From a virus (taxonomy: Duplodnaviria > Caudoviricetes): a stretch of DNA of 29,783 nt. Shown piece by piece: positions 22,907-29,783 of the stretch. The stretch's first letter is position 1. Each line of letters opens with the position of its first letter. The DNA lies in the IMG/VR virus record IMGVR_UViG_3300023116_000223, positions 1-29,783 of that record; one strand, given 5' to 3'. The translations under genes were made by a program, and so were the position numbers. Below the pieces are notes generated by a model. It made no database searches. It was not told where the DNA came from and saw only the letters and a program-made list of their open reading frames with translations.

Positions 22907-25545
22907 TATGCGAGCAATCCTCCGGGTCGTTTCTGGCGTACCAGTTCCTGCCGAACTGCCATGCCAATTGCTTCGCCCAGCTTATTCGCATTGGGCTCAT
23001 TGCCCTCAGCTTGAGTGCCTTTGGCGTCTACGTTGACCACCACCATTGCACCGCCGCCACCACCGCCACCGCGAGGAACAAACAGCTCAGGGCCTTTTTC
23101 TCCAACCATGTAGTTGGAGCCCGGCGAAACGGGACCACCGTTTGCACGCGGAGTGGCATGGCCAAACCGTGCGCCAAAACTTTCCATTACGCCCTGCCGG
23201 TTGCCACCGAAGTTTCCAATGCCAAACATTGCCGCCATAAAGAGCGGATGGAATGGCATAAACTTGCCGCCCAAATCAACCATCCTGGGCAGCTTGTGAT
23301 TAGGAGTGATTTTGCCCCCAATGCCCGGCCTGAAATACTCTGGCCCGTTCTCTCCAACGATGTAGCCACGTCCGCCGCTAACCCGACCACCGCGAGCTTT
23401 GAAGCCGCCAAAGGTAGCGCCAGAGATTGAACCACCAATGCCAGCACCAACACCGCCGCCGCCGTAGCTGGCACCGCCTAAAGAACCGCCAATGCCAAGG
23501 CCGGAAACCTTGCCGCCTAATGCGCCAGCACCGCTAAGCCCTGGGGCTGTCATGTTGCTAGCGCCAAAGGCAGCACCAACACCGGGGAACAGGCTAGAAA
23601 TAATCTTGAATGCCATCATCCGAATGGCGGCCTTGATAATGTCGGTCGCCATATTTAGGAAGCTTTGCGATATTGACTGGAAGAAATTCGCCAGCGCTTG
23701 CTTGGCACTCATCGTGCCATTGATCATGCCAGCAATGGACGTTGAGAATGCATCGGCAATACCGCCAGAGATATTTTTAATCGCCAGCATCGGGCTTTGA
23801 AGCTCTTTGAATTTCTTTTTCAGTTCCTCTAAGTGCTGGGTGCGCTCACCACCCTTTTCAAAGATCCCGCCAAACTCACCACCGAACTGGCCAGGAGTTA
23901 CAGCAGCACCGGCAAAGGCGTCCGCAATCTCTTGCCGCAGGGCTTTGATCTTCTCTGAATAATCAAACTCAGTCTGCAGTAATGCATTCATGCGTTCACG
24001 CGACTTCATCTCGCGCTGCATGATCTGTTCACGCTCTAGCAGTTTTTCGATATAGGCAACCTCTTGAGCATTGCCCTTGACCTTGGCTTCACGCAATAGG
24101 TTCTCTAGTTCAAGCTGCTTCTGCGAAATATCCTTTTTCTTGCTCGCCTTGGTTAGATCCTTGGTCGCGTTTTGCTGCCGCTGATATTCGGCCTCATCAC
24201 GCTCTGCCGCAATGTTCAATTCATCGCGCAGCTTGAGGATGCGAGCATTGGTAGCGTCAAGCGCTTTCTTGGCTGCTATCTCGGCAAAGCCGCCACCCGT
24301 CTTGCCGGATTCAGACAATGCAAGACTTGCAACCTTTTGCTGCTGCAAAGCCTGAGTTGCAATCTCTGCAGCCAATGCTGTTTGCAGCAGCTCAGTGGTC
24401 TGGCCTTTTAATGCTTGCTCAAACAGCTGTGTATTTTTCTTGGCTTGCTCTGTCTCGTCGTAATAGGTTTTTACCGCCAGCGCCACCAACGCAAATGGCA
24501 ATGCCACCAAGGCACCCTTGGCCAAAACGCTGGCAGCAGCAAACGCTTTTTGTGCTCCGGCTGCAAAGTAGATGGAAGCGCCAAAGAACCGATACAGCGC
24601 AATTTGCTGCCTAAGGAACTCAACCATCTGCAACGCCAGCACTGATTTCATCGCCTTTTGCAAAGCGATGTAAGCGGCAGTTGCAACGCCGATTTGTGCG
24701 GCCATCTGGCCCGCTTCTTTGGGAATCTTCGAGAACAGATCGAATAGATCTGTCATCACGTTGAGAACCTTGGTTACCGCAGGCTCAACACCCTTGGCCA
24801 GCTGCTCTTGGAAGTCACGGAAGCTCTCGCCCAAGCTGTCAACAGCGCCCGCATAACCAGCACTGCCAGCAGCCTTGGCCGCGTCGCCGTACTGCTTCTC
24901 AATCTCCTTAAGGATGAAGTCCTGGGCCTCAGCAGCCTTGCCGGCCTCAACCAGCTTTTTAATGACCTCTTTTTGTGCGTCAGTAAATTGCGTGCCAGCC
25001 CGTGAAAGCGCCGTAAGGCCCTTGACGGGATCCTGCAACGCCTTGGCCAACTGCAGCAGAGAGCTGTTTACGTCTTGCTTGGTGACCTGCGCAACGTCTG
25101 CAGCAGCCTCAGCAACGCGCTGGTAACTGCTAACTGCAATGGTCTGGAAGCTAGTAAGAAGCGCAAAGCCTCGGGTGAAATCTTCCTGATTAAATAACGT
25201 CGCCTTACCCAGCCGATCTGCCACCTTCTGCAGGCGCTCTAATTCGCCAGCAGCAGCACCAACTTTGCGCAGGCCATTCTCTAATGCAGCAGCATCAGCC
25301 TGACGCTCGCCAAGAGTTTTCAGGCTGCGGCCAAGCAGGTTGACCGCGCCAGTAATAGCAACAACCGGACCAACAACGGAACGGAACGCAATGCCAAAGC
25401 GTTGAACGTTGGCAGTAGCGCTGGCCGTTGCCTTGCTAGTCCGGTTGACCTGGGTTTCTAGCTTTCTGGTTTCCTGCTGAGCTTTTCTGAGGCCGGTTAC
25501 AGCTTGCCGCGTATCTACGTTTAGCCTTACCTGAGCCTCAGCCAC
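22906..25545 (-). CDS. tail tape measure protein
   Basis: Ala-rich helical 879-aa protein with QLAKALQDPVKGLTALSRAG, a Gly-rich region, VGEKGPELF and RQKRPGGLL; GTG start with a GAGG RBS. Confidence 0.95.
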   Translation of the reverse strand: MAEAQVRLNVDTRQAVTGLRKAQQETRKLETQVNRTSKATASATANVQRFGIAFRSVVGPVVAITGAVNLLGRSLKTLGERQADAAALENGLRKVGAAAGELERLQKVADRLGKATLFNQEDFTRGFALLTSFQTIAVSSYQRVAEAAADVAQVTKQDVNSSLLQLAKALQDPVKGLTALSRAGTQFTDAQKEVIKKLVEAGKAAEAQDFILKEIEKQYGDAAKAAGSAGYAGAVDSLGESFRDFQEQLAKGVEPAVTKVLNVMTDLFDLFSKIPKEAGQMAAQIGVATAAYIALQKAMKSVLALQMVEFLRQQIALYRFFGASIYFAAGAQKAFAAASVLAKGALVALPFALVALAVKTYYDETEQAKKNTQLFEQALKGQTTELLQTALAAEIATQALQQQKVASLALSESGKTGGGFAEIAAKKALDATNARILKLRDELNIAAERDEAEYQRQQNATKDLTKASKKKDISQKQLELENLLREAKVKGNAQEVAYIEKLLEREQIMQREMKSRERMNALLQTEFDYSEKIKALRQEIADAFAGAAVTPGQFGGEFGGIFEKGGERTQHLEELKKKFKELQSPMLAIKNISGGIADAFSTSIAGMINGTMSAKQALANFFQSISQSFLNMATDIIKAAIRMMAFKIISSLFPGVGAAFGASNMTAPGLSGAGALGGKVSGLGIGGSLGGASYGGGGVGAGIGGSISGATFGGFKARGGRVSGGRGYIVGENGPEYFRPGIGGKITPNHKLPRMVDLGGKFMPFHPLFMAAMFGIGNFGGNRQGVMESFGARFGHATPRANGGPVSPGSNYMVGEKGPELFVPRGGGGGGGAMVVVNVDAKGTQAEGNEPNANKLGEAIGMAVRQELVRQKRPGGLLA

Positions 25546-25569
25546 GGTGCTACCTCTCGTGGCTCAAGT

Positions 25570-25758
25570 CTACCGACGGGATGACTTGGCCCGATCTGAT
25601 TGCTCTTTTTCCATTTCGGCTTTGACCTCATAGTAGGCAGCAAAGTGCATGAACTCCGCATCGGTTAATTCGGTGCGGAGCCTGCTTACAGTCATGCCTA
25701 AATCGCAGGCCAGGTGAAACTCAAAGAAGAGCCACCCATCCTGCTTTAGTCGTTTTTT
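25570..25758 (-). CDS. tail assembly chaperone -1 frameshift extension (gpGT-like)
   Basis: Slippery A AAA AAC at 25758-25752, just before the gpG stop. The -1 frame stays open (RLKQDGWLFFEFHLACDLGMTVSRLRTEL...SSRR*). Confidence 0.85.
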   Translation of the reverse strand, partial: KKRLKQDGWLFFEFHLACDLGMTVSRLRTELTDAEFMHFAAYYEVKAEMEKEQSDRAKSSRR

Positions 25759-26102
25759 GCTTCCTGCAAGTTGGCGTCATCGCCAAGGCCAAACAGGAAC
25801 AGCTCAAGTTCGTTCAGCACCGATTCAGGCAGTTGGCGCTTGAGCTTTGGCGCGTCGCCAGGTTCAAACGCCTTGCTGCCATCCTCTAGCTCTGCCATTT
25901 GGCACAGCATCTGGGTGCTGATTTCTAGTGCCTCTTCGCTGTTGGCAAGCGTCGTGGCCCGTTGCCGATCGGATCGCGTAATTGGCTTGAAATACAAGTC
26001 AAGTACAGGCTGTCCATCAGCACCCTTAACGACGAATTTGCGCCGTTGGTTCAGATCAAAAGAGCTGATCAGGAGATCAACTGCACGGGTTTTGGCAGGC
26101 AT
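25746..26102 (-). CDS. tail assembly chaperone (gpG-like)
   Basis: Lies between the tail tube and tape measure genes; contains LYFKPITRSDR and ends in a slippery site. Confidence 0.88.
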   Translation of the reverse strand: MPAKTRAVDLLISSFDLNQRRKFVVKGADGQPVLDLYFKPITRSDRQRATTLANSEEALEISTQMLCQMAELEDGSKAFEPGDAPKLKRQLPESVLNELELFLFGLGDDANLQEAKND

Positions 26103-26112
26103 TAACAATCAA

Positions 26113-26128
26113 GGCCCATAAGCAGGCC
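26113..26128 (-). terminator. possible attenuating hairpin after the tail tube gene
   Basis: Minus strand GGCCTG-CTTA-TGGGCC followed by TTGATTGTT. Confidence 0.35.
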
Positions 26129-26160
26129 AAGACTATCACCACCTGCCAAAAGAAGCAGCC

Positions 26161-26577
26161 TCAGATTGCCTCAGTAATAGCACCGTTGACGGTGAAATTA
26201 CAGGTGATCACTTCCAGCTCGCCAACAGTGGCGCTGTACTCAGCAGAGGTGATGATCCCTGCAAAGCTCAGTTTCTTAGTGCCAGAGGTGTCCAGGAACA
26301 GCTCAAAGGTTGCATCGCCGCCATCTTCGGTGGTGAAGATGTCGCTAATGAAATCGTTGGTTTCGTCAGCGCTGGAAGCGGTGTAGAGCACTTCAACGGT
26401 GCCTTCACCAGAGATCAGCCCGCCGACATAGGCACGGCTGGTGTCGCCATGGTCGGTGACTTCCAGCAGTTCCTTATTTACGGTCAGGCTCCAGCTGCGG
26501 GTCGAAGTGATGGCAGCGTTAGTGCCCCCATCCTTTTCAAAGCTGACGGAGCCTTCCTCGCCACGAAAAAAGGCCAT
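26161..26577 (-). CDS. major tail tube protein
   Basis: RGEEGSV, RSWSLTVNKELLEVT, YVGGLISGEGTVE, FAGIITS and CNFTVNGAIT. Confidence 0.9.
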   Translation of the reverse strand: MAFFRGEEGSVSFEKDGGTNAAITSTRSWSLTVNKELLEVTDHGDTSRAYVGGLISGEGTVEVLYTASSADETNDFISDIFTTEDGGDATFELFLDTSGTKKLSFAGIITSAEYSATVGELEVITCNFTVNGAITEAI

Positions 26578-26619
26578 GGTTGAACCAAGGTAGGTTTACG
26601 GTAATTTTAGCGATCAGTA

Positions 26620-27045
26620 TTAGAGGCTCTCAAATGCCTCAAACGTCACGCGCATTTGGGTTTGAAAGAAACCCTCAGGGATCGGAGTAGCCACAACCTC
26701 AGGGCCGTTCACTGCATCAAAGATGATGCCGGAAACAACCTGGCGGTTGAACAGGTTACGCGCACGCTTGGTGATCGTGTAGTTAGCGCCTGGGCCGTCG
26801 CCCTTCGGCGTAAAAATGTTGATGGCCATGACACCCCGAACGCTGTTATCACTGCCGGTGGTGCCGCCTTGCGTCAGGTACGAATTAACGCCGAACGACA
26901 CTAGGCATTGCAGCCACGTCGAATTAGGCGTTGGCACATAAGGCGTATTGTGAAACGCAACGTGATACGCCGGCATGGCGTCAAACTCCGTTTTCATCCG
27001 GCCTTCAATCGTGTACCGGAGAGTATTTAGGTCGATTGCTGCCAT
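26620..27045 (-). CDS. tail terminator-like protein
   Basis: Position upstream of the tube gene and the pattern VAFHN.PY..P...W...INIFTPKG.G. Confidence 0.75.
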   Translation of the reverse strand: MAAIDLNTLRYTIEGRMKTEFDAMPAYHVAFHNTPYVPTPNSTWLQCLVSFGVNSYLTQGGTTGSDNSVRGVMAINIFTPKGDGPGANYTITKRARNLFNRQVVSGIIFDAVNGPEVVATPIPEGFFQTQMRVTFEAFESL

Positions 27046-27452
27046 CAGCTCTCTCTAGAGATTTTGCGCCAGTTGGAATCTACATACGCTTGCATATCTT
27101 TGGCTATAGCATCCACCCAGCCTGCATCAGCTTGTGGACTGTGGCCCTGCGCCAACGGTTCGGCATAGGGCAGATTATTGTGAACGCTATAAACATTGCC
27201 AAGGCGTTCTTGGCCTGGGATGTAGTTGGTGCCTTTGGGTGGGGTAAGTGTGTTGCCATAGTCGCCCTCAGGTGCTGGCACTCCTGATGCGTCATTCTCA
27301 CCGATCTGCCAACTTACTTTGAAGCGGCCAGTATCTACCGGGCTGCCTTCTTTTGCCCTTTTGTCAGTCTCCAAAACAGTAGTGCGCAACAGCAGCTCTA
27401 CTCGATCCTGCAGGTAATCTCCGATCTGGCCGATCTTGATTTCCCTGGCCAT
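27045..27452 (-). CDS. HK97 gp10-like tail completion protein
   Basis: SPVDTGRFKVSWQI and NNLPYAEPL..GHSPQA..GWV. Confidence 0.85.
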   Translation of the reverse strand: MAREIKIGQIGDYLQDRVELLLRTTVLETDKRAKEGSPVDTGRFKVSWQIGENDASGVPAPEGDYGNTLTPPKGTNYIPGQERLGNVYSVHNNLPYAEPLAQGHSPQADAGWVDAIAKDMQAYVDSNWRKISRES

Positions 27453-27453
27453 A

Positions 27454-27810
27454 TCAGCCCCTCAGGATCAGTTCGTAATAGATGTTGGAACCCTGCACCT
27501 GCTCGGTCTTCACTTCAATCACCTGATAAACGCTGCCGCCAATGGATACCTTATCCTCTGTGTTCGGCACGCTGGTTAAAGCGTTCTTGGCTACCAGCAG
27601 CTTTTTATCAGTGGCCTGCACAAGCTCATTCACCTCACGTTCGGTGATGTCTTGCAAAATGCCCTTAATCTCGCTGTTGCTAGAAGATTTGACCATGGCA
27701 CCCGTTTCCGGGTTATAGCTTCCGTAGCTAAAGAACTGAACCGTTACGGTCTGGCCGAAAGTGCTGATCACCTTGGCCGCGACTTTCTGTAGCGAGGAAG
27801 CAAGTGCCAT
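27454..27810 (-). CDS. head closure/stopper protein
   Basis: FGQTVT, YNPETG, DKKLLV and YELILRG, plus position in the head-tail region. Confidence 0.75.
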   Translation of the reverse strand: MALASSLQKVAAKVISTFGQTVTVQFFSYGSYNPETGAMVKSSSNSEIKGILQDITEREVNELVQATDKKLLVAKNALTSVPNTEDKVSIGGSVYQVIEVKTEQVQGSNIYYELILRG

Positions 27811-28064
27811 CAGACCCGATACGCAATGCAGGCGCCGTTTTGCAGCGTGATGCTGGTGAACACGCCAACGATATGAAAGCCAGCCGGGATGCTTTCACCG
27901 TCAAGGCTATTGCCGGTGTAGTTCTCAGCTACCAGCGTGTCAATCGTGGTGTTCTCGTAAAAGTCGATGTGATTAAACCTGCCGGTATGCGCGGCAGTGT
28001 CGTTGATGATTTCGGCGCCGATCGTGTAATCGTGTGCACCGCCTTGCCCAAATCCCTTTGACAT
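27810..28064 (-). CDS. small virion beta protein, paralog of 28067..28294
   Basis: GAEIINDTAAHTGRF...YTGN...GVFTSITL..G..IAY. Confidence 0.75.
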   Translation of the reverse strand: MSKGFGQGGAHDYTIGAEIINDTAAHTGRFNHIDFYENTTIDTLVAENYTGNSLDGESIPAGFHIVGVFTSITLQNGACIAYRV

Positions 28065-28066
28065 GA

Positions 28067-28294
28067 TCAGAGTTTGTAAGCAACGACAGTGCCGCTAGTC
28101 AGCGTGATGCTGGTAAACACCCCGTACATCTCACCAGTGGCTTTCAGAGGAATAGCCGAAAGGGTGTTGCCGGTGTAATCCTCTGCCGACAGGCTGGCGA
28201 TCACCGAATCTTCCAGTGCGCAGATCTTGCCGAACCGGCCTGTATGCGCTGCCGTGTCGTCAATAAACTCAGCGCCGGGGTAGGCGTAACCCAT
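28067..28294 (-). CDS. small virion beta protein, paralog of 27810..28064
   Basis: GAEFIDDTAAHTGRF...YTGN...GVFTSITL..G..VAY. Confidence 0.75.
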   Translation of the reverse strand: MGYAYPGAEFIDDTAAHTGRFGKICALEDSVIASLSAEDYTGNTLSAIPLKATGEMYGVFTSITLTSGTVVAYKL

Positions 28295-28296
28295 GA

Positions 28297-28857
28297 TCAG
28301 CTCCGCTTAACGGCGATGTTGCCTGGTCCACTGATTCTAAGCCCAGTGAAATAACGCTCAACCATTGGCGGAATACGATCAGCGCCAGTGGCACCATTGA
28401 AGTTAGGCGTAACGTCCAGGCTGCCCAGCTTCACGTTCTTGTAATCCTCAAGGCCACTCAGGCCAAGCCCTGATTTGTTGTTGTTCAGGTAGACCGCAAG
28501 CTCAACTTGCGCACGCTTCACCTGATCAGGGATCTCAGTATCAGTGAAATAATCAGCAGTGATCCGAAAAGGAAAACCAACCGAGTAGGTATTGATGTAG
28601 GTATCCGGCTTGCGGACGCCGGTACGGGGCCATTGGAGAGACTGCGTATCAGTCGCACGAGCGCCTAAAAACCGTTCACGGTCAATACGTTGTGCCGCAG
28701 TGTATAAAGCCCGGTTTTTCTGATCGTCAGTAGCCGAGCCCCAGGCGGTTACATCGTCGCTTTCCACCATGCCATCAACGATCGCATCAGCAGCAGCCAG
28801 CGTTAAATAGCTGTTTGCGTTAGCGCCACCGGCTGTCGCGTCAATCGTGATTGCCAT
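28297..28857 (-). CDS. head-tail adaptor (family often annotated DnaT-like)
   Basis: ANANSYLTLAAAD, AL..AAQRID, QSLQWPR and IPDQVKRAQVELA. Confidence 0.8.
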   Translation of the reverse strand: MAITIDATAGGANANSYLTLAAADAIVDGMVESDDVTAWGSATDDQKNRALYTAAQRIDRERFLGARATDTQSLQWPRTGVRKPDTYINTYSVGFPFRITADYFTDTEIPDQVKRAQVELAVYLNNNKSGLGLSGLEDYKNVKLGSLDVTPNFNGATGADRIPPMVERYFTGLRISGPGNIAVKRS

Positions 28858-29017
28858 CGGCTTTTACCGTTTTGGTTCGACCTCTCCGACGTTTTGGGGC
28901 CGTCGGTTCTTCAGGTGTTAAATCAATTTTAGGTGCCGACTCTTCCTGTGAAAAAGAGGCCCCAGCTTTCGCCAGAGCCTCACGTTCACGGAGTCGCTTA
29001 AAAGCGAACAACCCCAT
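28841..29017 (-). CDS. small basic hypothetical protein (58 aa)
   Basis: Translated by hand: MGLFAFKRLREREALAKAG...PKRRRGRTK... It is coupled to the upstream gene by TGATG. Confidence 0.7.
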   Translation of the reverse strand: MGLFAFKRLREREALAKAGASFSQEESAPKIDLTPEEPTAPKRRRGRTKTVKADGNHD

Positions 29018-29379
29018 CAGGAAGCAGCAGACTTCATGACGGCATAGTTCAGCACGAGAGCCTCACCAGCGGTGGTGCCAACGTTGCTCAGGGTCACATC
29101 AAAGGAACCTGCAGCGACAGCGCTAACGCTTGCGATGTAGGTGCCGGTAGAAGCGCCGGAGCCGACGCAAACCATAACCACATCAGTAGCGGCAACTTTG
29201 TCGCTGGTGACGGTGAAGGAAACCTCAGCACCACCAGCCAGGCTGGCGTCAGAGGTAGTGATCTGGCCGCAAGGCTGATTCAGCGTTACGCCAGTGCTCT
29301 TGTCGGTCGCTTGGGTGACAGCTCCACCAGAGGTGTAGCCAATCGCCTTACCGGCGCCGATTTCAAAAAGGGATGCCAT
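29017..29379 (-). CDS. capsid decoration/head fibre-like protein
   Basis: Directly after the capsid gene with a GGAGG RBS; GGAVTQATDKSTGVTLN..GQIT beta-rich pattern. Confidence 0.7.
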   Translation of the reverse strand: MASLFEIGAGKAIGYTSGGAVTQATDKSTGVTLNQPCGQITTSDASLAGGAEVSFTVTSDKVAATDVVMVCVGSGASTGTYIASVSAVAAGSFDVTLSNVGTTAGEALVLNYAVMKSAAS

Positions 29380-29395
29380 GGTTAGTTACCTCCGA

Positions 29396-29783
29396 TCAGT
29401 CAAAATTGCTGACGTTGGTAATCCGGATGATCCCTACGTTCTTGGTCTCGAAAACTTTGCTCCAGTTAGAAGCAGTTTCGAGCTGAGCGCGGGTCGGATT
29501 AGCAGTAGTCACTGCCCACTTAGCACCAACAGGGTGGTACAGGTAGTGAGCGTCCAGAGCGAGTGCGTCAGACTTAGCGAGCACATCGCGGTCTGTCTCG
29601 ATGTCGAGATTGGCCTGCTCTCCGCTAGCAACACTGCCAGGCGAGAAAACGTAAGTTGCATACTCGGTGGAAGCGCCAGAGCCGGCAGTTTCCACGTCGT
29701 CCGAAACAATAACGCGGCAACCGAGATAGGTGGGCACGCGAACTTCGCCGTATGCATTAGCCATCGAACCACCAGATTGGGTG
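29396..29783 (-). CDS. major capsid protein, C-terminal part (partial)
   Basis: The frame is open to the window edge; contains PTYLGCRVIVSDDV, IETDRDVL, YLYHPVGAKW and NPTRAQLETASNW. Confidence 0.88.
   Translation of the reverse strand, partial: TQSGGSMANAYGEVRVPTYLGCRVIVSDDVETAGSGASTEYATYVFSPGSVASGEQANLDIETDRDVLAKSDALALDAHYLYHPVGAKWAVTTANPTRAQLETASNWSKVFETKNVGIIRITNVSNFD

Noticed and set aside
28297-28857. DnaT primosomal protein
   Set aside because: Its position among head-completion genes indicates a head-tail adaptor.
1-29783. tRNA genes, photosynthesis auxiliary genes (psbA, hli), introns/inteins
   Set aside because: None were recognised; intergenic gaps are mostly too short and no ORF shows the relevant motifs.

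Overview
A ~30 kb fragment of a siphovirus genome with a lambda-like tail tip. The host is most likely a picocyanobacterium (Synechococcus/Cyanobium type), inferred from a cyanobacterial-type sigma-70 gene and many small genes that resemble cyanophage hypotheticals as I recall them. The + strand (1-4806) carries an early recombination/regulation operon: RecE/ExoVIII-like nuclease, DGQHR ParB-like protein, Sak3/DUF1071-like annealase, HTH protein, SSB, DUF3310 and a sigma factor. The - strand (29783 down to ~4783) carries the late genes: major capsid C-terminus, head decoration and completion genes, tail tube, a frameshifted tail chaperone, tape measure, gpM/L/K/I/J-like tip genes, two fibre modules, a lysis-like cassette and dCTP deaminase. 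The leading candidate for a new system is an eight-gene envelope-protein island (6950-10191) with signal-peptide proteins, a protein resembling one TolC/OEP repeat, membrane anchors and a small outer-membrane beta-barrel. A compact structured RNA candidate lies at ~3550-3655. All family calls come from motif recognition, not database searches.
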